From an uncultured Collinsella sp. (lineage in GTDB: Bacteria > Actinomycetota > Coriobacteriia > Coriobacteriales > Coriobacteriaceae), in contig CABRZT010000002.1 in assembly GCA_902475595.1 (NCBI GenBank), forward strand, positions 13,211-77,210: a stretch of DNA of 64,000 bases, in the 5' to 3' direction. Within the stretch, counting starts at the first letter, position 1; every line of letters starts with the position of its first letter. A program made the translations under genes and the position numbers. Under the pieces are notes generated by a model that was not told where the DNA came from, ran no database searches, and worked only from the letters and a program-made list of their open reading frames with translations. Positions 19,518-29,955 of the stretch are shown one piece after another.

Positions 19518-19883
19518 ATGAGCATCCGCGTTGATGAAATGAAACCCGACACCGAGGCCACCGAGCCCGCGATCCCCACCACCTGCTCGCCCGAGGACCT
19601 TCCCGACGAGGAGCTGCTGTACGACCTTGCCGACCTGTTCAAGGTTTTCAGCGACACCACGCGCATCAAGATCCTCTACGCCCTCATGGGCCGCGAACTC
19701 TGCGTGGCAGACATTGCCGAAGCGACCACGACCTCGCAGTCCGCGGTGTCGCACCAGTTGCGAACGCTCAAGCAGTCGCACCTGGTTAAATTCCGGCGCG
19801 ACGGGCGCAATATCCTCTACTCGCTTGCCGACGACCATGTCTACACCATGCTCAACCAAGGCATGAGCCACATCTGCGAATAG
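19518..19883 (+). CDS. ArsR/SmtB metal-sensing repressor
   Basis: LFKVFSDTTRIKIL, ELCVADIA, SQSAVSHQLR, LADDHV. Confidence 0.92.
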   Translation: MSIRVDEMKPDTEATEPAIPTTCSPEDLPDEELLYDLADLFKVFSDTTRIKILYALMGRELCVADIAEATTTSQSAVSHQLRTLKQSHLVKFRRDGRNILYSLADDHVYTMLNQGMSHICE

Positions 19884-19946
19884 CGACCAACCACGGTACC
19901 AACGCGGCCTGCACCCAAGCCGCAAAAACAGGGAAAGGAACCCACC

Positions 19947-20165
19947 ATGAAAAAGCAGTTTAAGCTCGACGAGATCGACTGCGCCAACTGCGCGCGCAAA
20001 CTTCAGGACGAACTTGCCAAGCTTGAGGGCGTCAAGTCCGTTTCGGTCAATTTTATGACCCAGAAGTTGACGCTCGAGGCCGACGACGCCGAGTTCGACG
20101 AGGTCCTCGACCGCGTCGTGGAGTTCACCGCCGACGCCGAGCCGGACTGCGAGATCATTCTCTAG
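19947..20165 (+). CDS. Stand-alone heavy-metal-associated (HMA) domain protein
   Basis: IDCANCA motif, 72 aa. Confidence 0.9.
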   Translation: MKKQFKLDEIDCANCARKLQDELAKLEGVKSVSVNFMTQKLTLEADDAEFDEVLDRVVEFTADAEPDCEIIL

Positions 20166-20264
20166 TCCAGGTTTACGCTAACCTGCAAGGCCGCGCTTGC
20201 CGCGGCCTTTGCTCGCGAAATTATATGATCGAGTGTTCATACATTCAAATGGGAGGATTGAATC

Positions 20265-22217
20265 ATGGCAACCGCCGATCCCAAGAAGAAAAAGAAGAAG
20301 CGCAAGAAGAAAGAGTCCCTTGAGCATAAGCGCAACCGCATCCTGGTAGCACTGGTCATTTTTGCCGTAATTTATGCCCTCGACGAGCTCGGCGCTCTCA
20401 CTATCGCATTTGGGGAGCCCGGCAACATCTACGCCAGCTTCGTGCTGTTCCTGGTGCCGTTCCTAATTGCCGGCTACGACGTGCTCCAAAAGGCATACAA
20501 CAACATCCGCCGCGGCAAGGCGTTCGACGAGAGCTTCCTCATGGCCGTCGCGACCATCGGCGCATTTGCCATGGTGCTCTTCCCCGACACCGACCCGCAC
20601 ATGGCCGAAGGCGCCGCCGTCATGCTGTTCTATCAGGTTGGCGAGCTGTTCCAGGCATATGCCGTGGGCAAGAGCCGCAAGTCGATCAGCGCCATGATGG
20701 ACATCGCGCCCGATTACGCAAACATCGAGCAAGCCGACGGCACACTCGAGCAGGTCTTCCCCGATGACATCGCTGTCGGCACCGTCATCGTGGTCAAGCC
20801 CGGCGAGCGCGTGCCCATCGACGGCGTCATCGTCGAAGGCGAGACGCAGCTCGATACCGCCGCCCTTACCGGCGAGTCGGTCCCCCGCCCGGCCAAAACC
20901 GGAGACGATATCATCAGCGGCTGCATCAACATGACGGGTCTCATCCACGTGCGCACCACCAAGCCCTTTGGCGAGTCCACCGTCGCGCGCGTCCTGGAGC
21001 TCGTGGAAAACGCTAGCGAAAAGAAGGCGCGTACCGAGAACTTCATCACGCGCTTCGCCCGCGTCTACACGCCCGCCGTCACCGGCGCGGCAGCCGTGCT
21101 CGCACTCGGCGGCGGCTTGGTCACCGGTGCCTGGTCCGACTGGATCCTGCGCGGCCTGACCTTCCTGGTCGTCAGCTGCCCGTGCGCGCTCGTGATCAGC
21201 GTCCCGCTCAGCTTCTTTGGCGGCATCGGCGGCGCATCCAAGCTGGGCGTCCTCATCAAGGGCTCCAACTACCTCGAGACGCTCGCCAATGTGGACACCG
21301 TCGTCTTCGACAAAACGGGCACCCTTACCAACGGCACGTTCTCGGTCGTCGCGGTGCACCCCGAGGCCGGCTATACCGAGCAGTCGTTGCTCGGAGTCGC
21401 CGCCCTTGCCGAGTCGTTCTCCGATCACCCTATCGCGCAGTCGGTGCGCGCCGCCTACCAGGGCGAGCCCGACCCCAAGCGCGTGACGGATTCCGCTAAT
21501 GACGTGGGGCACGGCGTGACGGCGACCATCGACGGCATGCATGTCGTCGTCGGCAACGCCAAGATGCTCGCCGCGGCCGGCGTTGAAGCGCCCGATTGCG
21601 AGGTCGTCGGCACCATCCTCCACGTGCTCGTCGATGGCATCTATGCCGGCCACATTGTAATTGCCGACACCGTCAAGGCCGATGCCGAGCAAACGATTCG
21701 CGACCTGCACGCCGCCGGCATCAAGCGCACCGTCATGCTCACGGGCGACCGCGAGGAAGTGGCTGCGTCCGTTGCCGAACAGTTGGGGCTCGACGAGTTC
21801 CATGCGCAACTGATGCCGGGCGACAAGGTCGAGCGTGTCGAGGCATTGCTGGCAGTCGAATCGGGCAAGGGCAAGCTCGCCTTTGTCGGTGACGGCATCA
21901 ACGACGCACCCGTGCTCACGCGCGCCGACGTCGGAATCGCCATGGGCGCCATGGGATCGGACGCCGCAATCGAGGCGGCGGACGTTGTGCTCATGGACGA
22001 CAAACCTTCCAACATCTCCCGCGCTATCCGCGTGGCGCGCAAGACCATGACGATTGTTTGGCAGAACATCATCTTTGCACTGGGCATCAAGTTGCTGATC
22101 CTTGTGCTGGCAGCGCTGGGCATTGCCAACATGTGGCTCGCCGTCTTTGGCGACGTGGGCGTGGCGATCATCGCCATCCTGAACGCCATGCGCGCGATGG
22201 GTGTCAAGAACCTGTAG
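20265..22217 (+). CDS. cadA: Zn/Cd-translocating P1B-type ATPase
   Basis: TGES, SCPCAL, DKTGTLT, HP, GDGINDAP. Confidence 0.92.
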   Translation: MATADPKKKKKKRKKKESLEHKRNRILVALVIFAVIYALDELGALTIAFGEPGNIYASFVLFLVPFLIAGYDVLQKAYNNIRRGKAFDESFLMAVATIGAFAMVLFPDTDPHMAEGAAVMLFYQVGELFQAYAVGKSRKSISAMMDIAPDYANIEQADGTLEQVFPDDIAVGTVIVVKPGERVPIDGVIVEGETQLDTAALTGESVPRPAKTGDDIISGCINMTGLIHVRTTKPFGESTVARVLELVENASEKKARTENFITRFARVYTPAVTGAAAVLALGGGLVTGAWSDWILRGLTFLVVSCPCALVISVPLSFFGGIGGASKLGVLIKGSNYLETLANVDTVVFDKTGTLTNGTFSVVAVHPEAGYTEQSLLGVAALAESFSDHPIAQSVRAAYQGEPDPKRVTDSANDVGHGVTATIDGMHVVVGNAKMLAAAGVEAPDCEVVGTILHVLVDGIYAGHIVIADTVKADAEQTIRDLHAAGIKRTVMLTGDREEVAASVAEQLGLDEFHAQLMPGDKVERVEALLAVESGKGKLAFVGDGINDAPVLTRADVGIAMGAMGSDAAIEAADVVLMDDKPSNISRAIRVARKTMTIVWQNIIFALGIKLLILVLAALGIANMWLAVFGDVGVAIIAILNAMRAMGVKNL

Positions 22218-22233
22218 CGTCTGTGGTCCTTCC

Positions 22234-22362
22234 GGCCGGGGCCGGGCTTGGTTTTGAAAACGTCCTCGACCAATGAAGTGCCCCCGTTCTGCTCCTTCGG
22301 AGCTACGAACGGGGGCACTTCTGGTCTGCGGAATGTTTTCAAAACCAAGCCCGGCCCCGGCC
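22234..22362. repeat. 129-nt rod-like palindrome between convergent genes
   Basis: 28-bp perfect outer stem GGCCGGGGCCGGGCTTGGTTTTGAAAAC, 15-bp inner stem GAAGTGCCCCCGTTC, apical GCTCC-TTC-GGAGC. Confidence 0.8.
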
Positions 22363-22440
22363 TGCGGTGACGTTGCTGGTGGTTCTTGGGCATCGCTTGC
22401 TGGCGGGGTTCCTTGTCTGAGTTGAACTTAGTTGGCGGGG

Positions 22441-22818
22441 CTACTGGTCCCGGTCGCTGTCCCGGCCCAACATCGCCCTTAGCTTCTCAAAGCTTTCCTC
22501 GCTCAGGCAGTGCTCCATGTGGCAGCCCTCTTGCGACGCGACCTCAGCCGAAACACCCGCATCCTCCAGCAGCCCCACGAAAAAGCAGTGACGCTCCCAC
22601 ATTTGGCGAGCGACCTCCAGCCCTCGCTCTGTCAGATGAACATCTCGTTTGCCCATTTCGACATAGCCGTTGCTTTCCAGCGTCGCCATGGCCTTGGAAA
22701 CGCTCGCCTTGGTTACGCCGAGGTACTCCGCAACGTCGATCGAGCGCACGATGCCCTGACGTTCCGACAGAACGTAGATCGATTCGAGATAGTCTTCTCC
22801 GGATTCACGTAGGGCCAT
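22441..22818 (-). CDS. DtxR/MntR family metal-dependent regulator
   Basis: EDYLESIY, VTKASVSKA, ERH, EGCHMEH. Confidence 0.9.
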   Translation of the reverse strand: MALRESGEDYLESIYVLSERQGIVRSIDVAEYLGVTKASVSKAMATLESNGYVEMGKRDVHLTERGLEVARQMWERHCFFVGLLEDAGVSAEVASQEGCHMEHCLSEESFEKLRAMLGRDSDRDQ

Positions 22819-23005
22819 GGGCCGCCTTTCGCGATGATTGCTAGTTAGCCTTTGGATACTTTCCACGGCTAACTTTACCGCAAAAGTTGCCCATGTCTTA
22901 CTACTTTACCTAAAAGTTAGCCGTGTTTCACAAAACGTGCGGGACGAAAACAAAATGGGGACGCCCCGCAAGGAGTGTCCCCAGGTGCCAGGTGCCGGCC
23001 CGCAG

Positions 23006-23776
23006 CTACACGAGTCCAAAGTGCTTCGCAGCGTTGTAGATGCCGTCGTCGTCCACGGCAGTCGTCACATAGGTCGCCGCAGCTTTCACCGTGTCCTGTG
23101 CGTTGCCCATGGCCACGCTCGTGCCCACGGCGGCAAACATCGACAGGTCGTTCTCGCCGTCGCCAAAGGCAATCGCCTCGCTCGCGTCGATGCCCAGGCG
23201 CTCCAGCGTCGCCGCCACGCCCAGGTCCTTGCCGCCGTTAGCGGGAATAATGTCACAGAACAGGTCGCACCAGCGCGTGGTGAGCGAATGCGACACGGCA
23301 TCGGTCACGATATGCTCGTCGTCAGGGTCCACAAAGGCGCAGAACTGGTAGACCGGTGCGTCAAAGGCGTGCTCAAACGGCTCCTCGTGGTAGACGATTC
23401 CCGCGTTGCTGCCAGCCGTCACCACGCGCTCGGACAGGCGGTTCACAAACGAGTTCTCGCCCTGCATGCACAGCGAGTCGTAGCGCCCCTGCGCCACCTG
23501 GTCCACAATCACCGCGACGTCGTCCGAATCGATCGGGCAGCTGCGGTAAACCCCCTCGGCATCAAAGCAGTGCTGGCCCGAAAGCGTAATGTACGCATCC
23601 CAGCCCAGGTCGAACAGCCAGTCCGGCATCTGGTAGGTCGGACGGCCCGTGGCGATCACGCACGCGATCCCCTGCTCGTGAAAGCTGTCGAGCACCTGCT
23701 GCGCCGACGCCGGAATCCGGTGGGTCTTAAAGCTCAGCAGCGTGCCGTCGATATCGAAAAACGCGGCTTTGATCAT
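23006..23776 (-). CDS. Cof-type HAD-IIB hydrolase
   Basis: FDIDGTL, ATGR, FGDGENDLSM, AMGNA. Confidence 0.92.
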   Translation of the reverse strand: MIKAAFFDIDGTLLSFKTHRIPASAQQVLDSFHEQGIACVIATGRPTYQMPDWLFDLGWDAYITLSGQHCFDAEGVYRSCPIDSDDVAVIVDQVAQGRYDSLCMQGENSFVNRLSERVVTAGSNAGIVYHEEPFEHAFDAPVYQFCAFVDPDDEHIVTDAVSHSLTTRWCDLFCDIIPANGGKDLGVAATLERLGIDASEAIAFGDGENDLSMFAAVGTSVAMGNAQDTVKAAATYVTTAVDDDGIYNAAKHFGLV

Positions 23777-23782
23777 TCTCGC

Positions 23783-25642
23783 CTACTCCTCGCCCTCGAG
23801 CTTTTCGCTCGCCTCGAGCCACGCCATCTCCAGCTCGTCCATGGCAGCGTGAGCCTCGTCGATCTTTGCCTGCTGCTCGCCGAGCGCCGTGTAGTTGGTG
23901 GGATCGACTTGGGCCATTGCTGCCTCGGCCTCCTCAACGCGGGTGCGCTGCGTCTCCATCTTGCGCTCGAGCGAACTCACCTCGCGGCGGAGCTTCTGGC
24001 GCTCGGCGTTGGACAGGCCGTTGGGCTGACCGCTCGACTTGGGCTTTTCGGCCGCAGCTGCCGCGGCACCGGTGTCGAACGTGCCGGTCTTGGCGCTCGG
24101 CGCGCCCACGGGCTCGCCCTCGGCGGTAGCGTTGCACAGGCGCAGGTACTGGTCGACGCCGCCGGGCATATGCGTCAGATGGCCATCGAGCAGTGCCCAC
24201 TGTTGGTCGGTCACGCGCTCCATGAGGAAACGGTCGTGCGTCACCAGAATCAGCGTGCCGGGCCAGCCGTCGAGCAGATCCTCGACAATCGCGAGCATGT
24301 CGGTATCCAGGTCGTTGCCGGGCTCGTCCAGGATAAGCACGTTGGGCTCGTCCAGGATTGTCAGCAGCAGCGACAGGCGACGGCGCTGGCCGCCCGAAAG
24401 GTCGCCGATGCGGCTCCAGAGCTGCTGCGTCGTAAAGCCCAGGCGCTCGCAAAGCTTCTCGGGAGAGGTCTCCTTGCCGTCGATGACGTAATACTTCTTA
24501 TAGTTGCTGAGCACCTCGCGGATCGTGTCGCCCATGTAGGGCTCGAGCTCCTCGAGCTGCTGCGATAGCACGCCAAAACGTACCGTCTGGCCGATCTTCA
24601 CGCGGCCGCGCAGGGGCGCAATCTTGCCCTGGATCACGTCGAGCAGCGTGGACTTGCCGGCACCGTTCTCACCCAAAAGACCATAGCGGTCGCCCGCGCC
24701 GATAAGCCAGGTCACGTCGGAGAGCACCTGCTTGGGCGCGCCGTCGGTATCCGCATAGCCGGCGTCCACGTCGATCACGTCGATGACCTGCTTGCCCAGG
24801 CGGCTCACCGCCAGGCGCTTGAGCTCCAGCTCGTCGCGCACGGGCGGCACGTCGGCGATGAGTTCGCGAGCGGCATCCACGCGAAACTTGGGCTTGGTGG
24901 AGCGCGCCTGGGCGCCACGGCTCAGCCACGCGAGCTCCTTGCGTGCCATGTTGCGACGACGCTCCTCGGTAACTGCGGCCATGCGGTCGCGCTCCACGCG
25001 CTGCAGGATGTATGCCGAGTAGCCGCCCTCGAAGGGATCGACCTGGCCGTCGTGGACCTCCCACATGCTGGTGCAGACCTCGTCCAAGAACCAGCGATCG
25101 TGCGTGACCACGAGCATGGCGCCCTGACCGCGCTGCCAGCGGGCCTTTAAGTGACGCGCGAGCCAGTTGATGGTGCGCATGTCCAGGTGGTTGGTGGGCT
25201 CGTCGAGCATGAGCACGTCGTAGTCGCCGATCAGCAGGCGCGCAAGGTCCACGCGACGGCGCTGACCGCCCGAAAGCTCGCCCACCGTGCCCTCCCAGGG
25301 CACATCGCTAATGAGACCGGCGAGGATCTGGCGCGTACGCGGACTCGACGCCCACTCATACTCGGGCGTGTCGCCCACGACGGCATGATGCACGGTATCG
25401 GTGTCGACAAGTTGGTCCTTTTGGCCGAGCAGACCGATCGTGGTGCCGCGGCGATGCGTCACGCGGCCATCGTCGGGCTCCAGCGTGCCGGCGAGCACGC
25501 TCAGCAGCGTCGACTTGCCGTCGCCGTTTTTACCAACAATACCAATGCGGTCGCCCTCGCCCACGCCGAGCGTCACGCTATCGAAAATATGCTTGGTGGG
25601 AAACTCTAGGCTGATGGAATCGCATCCCAAAAGAATCGCCAT
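23783..25642 (-). CDS. ABC-F family ATPase (Uup-like)
   Basis: Two ABC domains (GKNGDGKST, GENGAGKST, LSGGQ, LDEP), no TM segments, C-terminal coiled coil. Confidence 0.9.
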   Translation of the reverse strand: MAILLGCDSISLEFPTKHIFDSVTLGVGEGDRIGIVGKNGDGKSTLLSVLAGTLEPDDGRVTHRRGTTIGLLGQKDQLVDTDTVHHAVVGDTPEYEWASSPRTRQILAGLISDVPWEGTVGELSGGQRRRVDLARLLIGDYDVLMLDEPTNHLDMRTINWLARHLKARWQRGQGAMLVVTHDRWFLDEVCTSMWEVHDGQVDPFEGGYSAYILQRVERDRMAAVTEERRRNMARKELAWLSRGAQARSTKPKFRVDAARELIADVPPVRDELELKRLAVSRLGKQVIDVIDVDAGYADTDGAPKQVLSDVTWLIGAGDRYGLLGENGAGKSTLLDVIQGKIAPLRGRVKIGQTVRFGVLSQQLEELEPYMGDTIREVLSNYKKYYVIDGKETSPEKLCERLGFTTQQLWSRIGDLSGGQRRRLSLLLTILDEPNVLILDEPGNDLDTDMLAIVEDLLDGWPGTLILVTHDRFLMERVTDQQWALLDGHLTHMPGGVDQYLRLCNATAEGEPVGAPSAKTGTFDTGAAAAAAEKPKSSGQPNGLSNAERQKLRREVSSLERKMETQRTRVEEAEAAMAQVDPTNYTALGEQQAKIDEAHAAMDELEMAWLEASEKLEGEE

Positions 25643-25702
25643 ATGCCCTGCTCCTTCGTAGAAATTCAACGTTGTCCATGATAGCAGCGAGCCCCACCCC
25701 AA

Positions 25703-25737
25703 ACCACCACGAAGGTGCCTGTCCCCTTTGTGGTGGT
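25703..25737. repeat. Short palindromic repeat family B
   Basis: Inverted orientation relative to 12903 copy. Confidence 0.75.
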
Positions 25738-25847
25738 CGCTTCGGTCGCAGAGCAAAAAGGCGGGCCATCTCCCGCAAGAGATGACCCGCCTCTCCAATC
25801 AGTCCCGCGGCAACCATAGCCGCCACGGGCCTCAAGCATGTCCCGGA

Positions 25848-26716
<869 letters not shown>

Positions 26717-26720
<4 letters not shown>

Positions 26721-27643
26721 TCGGCCGTCATCTTCCTTGCCAGTTGCTTGCCCACGATACGGGCAACTATGTTAAACAGCAGCACGCAGATCATCAGCAG
26801 TGCAGCGGTGCCCCAAACGATCTGCTGGGCCTCGGGGCTGCCCTCGCCGTAAATCTTGTAGATGTGCACGGCGAGCGACTCACCGGGGCGGAACACGTTC
26901 CAAGCGCAGGTGGGGCTCGACAGGTTAAAGCTCAAGAAGTTCAAACGCACCGGCGAGCTCATGCCCGAGGTAAAGAGCAGTGCCGCGGCCTCGCCAAACA
27001 CGCGGCCGGCCGAAAGCACGATGCCGGTCACGATGGCAGGCATGGCCTCGGGGATCAGGATGTGCAGCGTGGCCTCCCAGCGGGTAAGGCCCATGGCCAG
27101 GCACGCATCGCGCTGGGCCTGCGGCACGTCCTCGAGCGCCTGCTGGATCACGCGCACCAGGATGGGAATGTTGAACATGGTGAGCGCGACGGCGCCGGAG
27201 ATGATGGAGTACTTCCAGCCCAGCTGCACCGAGAACACCAGGAAACCGAACATGCCGACAACGATGGAAGGCAGCGAGGACAGCGTCTCGATGGCGGTGG
27301 AAGCGATGTCGCGGATGGGACCGTCCGGCGCGTACTCAACCAAAAAGACCGCGCCGCCCAGGCTGATGGGCACCGAGATGATCAGGGTGATCAGCAGCAG
27401 ATAGAACGAGTCGAACAGCTGGTAGAGTACGCCGCCCTGAGTTCCGTTGGCGCGCGACGGCTGCGTGAGAAAACCCGGCTGGAACAGCGTCGAGATGCCC
27501 TCGAACAGGATATAGGCCACCATGGAGACGACGATGAGCATGACGATGGCGATGATTGCCGTCAGCACGCCCGTGGCGATGCGATCCTGCTTTTGGACGC
27601 GCCCGAGTCTCGCCTCGTCGATATGGATGCGCGTGCTAGCCAC
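26717..27643 (-). CDS. pstA: Phosphate ABC transporter permease
   Basis: LPSIVVGMFG, GRVFGEAAAL; operon position. Confidence 0.93.
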
Positions 27644-28544
27644 GAGCCTTCGCCCCCTTGCGGCCGATAATGTGGATGATCAGGATGAAGATGAGGCTCA
27701 TACCCATCAGCAGCAGACCAAGCGCCCACAGAACATCGTCCTGGGCCGAACCCTCGGCATAGACCGCCATGGACGTGGTGAGCGTGGTGGTGATGGTCGA
27801 GGCCGGCGACAGCAGCGACGTCGGCATGGCCTCAATACCGCCGATGACCATGCGCACGGCGAGCGTCTCGCCAAAGGCGCGCGTCATGCCAAGGATGACC
27901 GCAGTCATGAGCGACGGCATGGCGGACTTGAGCACCACGTGCCAGATGGTCTGCCAGCGGGTGTAGCCCAGCGCGAGCGAGCCCTGACGGTAGCCGTCGG
28001 GCACGGCGCGCAGGCCATCGACCGAAAGGGTGGTCATCGTCGGCAGGATCATGACAGCCAGCACGATGGCGCCGGGCAGGATGCCCAGACCCGTGCTCAC
28101 GTGGAAAACGGACTTCATAAGTCCGACGACCACGTGAAAGCCAATCAGTCCAAAGACGACCGAGGGAATGCCGGTCAAAAGCTCAATAAGCGGCTGAAAG
28201 ACCTTGGAACCAAACTTAGGCTGGATCTCGACCGCAAAGATGGCAGAGCCGATGGCGATAGGCAGTGCGATGAGCGTGGAGAGCACCATGACCGCAAACG
28301 AGGTGACGATCAGGGGCAGGGCGCCGGTATAGGGCAGGCCGTTTTCGGCTGTGTTGGCCAGGTCCCACTTGGTGCCGGTGAAGAACTCGACGACCGAGAC
28401 GCCGTCCTTGACAAAAGCCGAGAGGCCCTTTTGGGCGACCATGAAGATAAGCGCGGCAACGACAAGCGTCACGAGCGCTACGCACGCGCCCGTGACGCCT
28501 AGACCCACGTTCTCAAGGTCGCGCTTTGGCAGCTGTTTTGCCAT
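27636..28544 (-). CDS. pstC: Phosphate ABC transporter permease
   Basis: IPSVVFG, MILPT, RAFGETLAV. Confidence 0.93.
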   Translation of the reverse strand: MAKQLPKRDLENVGLGVTGACVALVTLVVAALIFMVAQKGLSAFVKDGVSVVEFFTGTKWDLANTAENGLPYTGALPLIVTSFAVMVLSTLIALPIAIGSAIFAVEIQPKFGSKVFQPLIELLTGIPSVVFGLIGFHVVVGLMKSVFHVSTGLGILPGAIVLAVMILPTMTTLSVDGLRAVPDGYRQGSLALGYTRWQTIWHVVLKSAMPSLMTAVILGMTRAFGETLAVRMVIGGIEAMPTSLLSPASTITTTLTTSMAVYAEGSAQDDVLWALGLLLMGMSLIFILIIHIIGRKGAKARG

Positions 28545-28569
28545 TGCAAACCTTTCCGGGGGCGATTAC

Positions 28570-29508
28570 TTATTTAGCAGAGACCTTGCCGCTGGCGTCC
28601 TTGACGACCTTCATGGCAGAGACGGGGATAAAGCCCTGCTCCTCGACGAGCTTGCCCTGGACGTCGTCGGAAAGCATGAACTCCAGGAAGGCCGTGGTGG
28701 CCTCGTCGGCGTCCTTGGAGCAGTACATGTGCTCGGTAGCCCAGATCTTGAAGGAGTCGTCGGTGACGTTTGCGCTCTTGGGCTCGACGCCCTCGACCTT
28801 GACGGCGTTGAACTTGGAATCGTCAAAGTGCGAGAAGTCGAGGTAGGAAATGGCGTTGTCGGTACTGGCCATCTGGGTCTGGACGTCGCCGGACTTGTCG
28901 AGCTCGGCGTCGCCCTTAAAGTCGACGGCCTCGTCGCCAAAGACGGCGGCCTCGAAGGTGGCGCGGGTACCGGAGCCGGCCTTGCGGTTGAGAACGACGA
29001 TCTTGGCGTCGTCGCCGCCGACCTCCTTCCAGTTGGTGATCTGGCCGGAGAAGATGCCCTTGAGCTGCTCGAGGGACAAATCGTCGACCGTCACGTTCTT
29101 AGAGACGACGGGGCCCATGCCCACAACGGCGACCTCGTGGTCGACGAGGTTCTTGACCTGGTCGGCCTCGAGCTTGGTCTCGGCGAAGACGTCGGAGTTA
29201 CCAATGGTGACGGTGCCGGCGGCGACAGCGGTCAGACCCTTGCCCGAACCGTTGCCCGAGCCGGAGACGGAGACGTCGGGGTTGGCGTCCATGAACTTCT
29301 CGGCAGCAGCCTCGACGAGAGCCTGGAACGAGGAGGCGCCGTCGTAGGTCACCTCGCCGGAGACGGACTCGGCAGCAGCGGCGCTACCCTTGTCGGCGGC
29401 GTCGGATGCGCCGGAGCCGCCGCAACCAACGAGGCCGAGACCGACGATGCTGGCGAGACCACCAGCGAGGCCGAGGAACTGACGACGAGAATAAGCCTGA
29501 TCGAGCAT
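28570..29508 (-). CDS. pstS: Phosphate-binding lipoprotein with twin-arginine signal
   Basis: SRRQFL plus LVGC lipobox; GSGKG, RKAGSGTR motifs. Confidence 0.92.
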   Translation of the reverse strand: MLDQAYSRRQFLGLAGGLASIVGLGLVGCGGSGASDAADKGSAAAAESVSGEVTYDGASSFQALVEAAAEKFMDANPDVSVSGSGNGSGKGLTAVAAGTVTIGNSDVFAETKLEADQVKNLVDHEVAVVGMGPVVSKNVTVDDLSLEQLKGIFSGQITNWKEVGGDDAKIVVLNRKAGSGTRATFEAAVFGDEAVDFKGDAELDKSGDVQTQMASTDNAISYLDFSHFDDSKFNAVKVEGVEPKSANVTDDSFKIWATEHMYCSKDADEATTAFLEFMLSDDVQGKLVEEQGFIPVSAMKVVKDASGKVSAK

Positions 29509-29709
29509 GATCTTCCTTTCATACATGCGAATCGCGGGCACCCTGCCCGCTTTGCTGTTTGGAAAGATACGGCCTCGATCGGGCGACGACCGCCTTATCT
29601 GCGGTTTCTTACGGTCATTTGATAGACCCTTACCGCAAGCTCTGCTCAGCCTTTACAAACGGATAACAATCCCCACCCAAGCATGGCACGCTTTTTACAC
29701 CAGAGCGAA

Positions 29710-29794
29710 GTAGTCATTGGGGACGTTCTTAAACGACTAGTCGTTGGGGACGTTCTTGTTTGACTAGTCATTTAAGAGCGTCCCCAATGACTAC
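29710..29794. repeat. REPIN-like family A element (GTAG...CTAC)
   Basis: GTAGTCATTGGGGACGTTCTTAAACGACTAGTC ... GACTAGTCATTTAAGAGCGTCCCCAATGACTAC; a further GGGGAC/GTCCCC doublet at 29837-29881. Confidence 0.85.
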
Positions 29795-29955
29795 CCCAGC
29801 AACGCCGATGTTTTGACAAAGTCAATCTGCCGGCTTTTGGGGACGTTCTTTATCTGCCGGCACAAAAGGAGCGTCCCCAAGTGACGCAAAAAGCCCGGGC
29901 AAAAGCACCGGGCTCGTAATGCAGGTTTGTATCCAAGCAGGATATAGGGGAAGCC

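Noticed and set aside
22838..24568. 576-aa plus-strand ORF
   Set aside because: Antisense to the HAD and ABC-F genes; no independent coding signal.
29600..29700. PHO-box-like (C/T)TTAC repeats upstream of pstS
   Set aside because: Spacing is only roughly helical and matches are too short to support a call.
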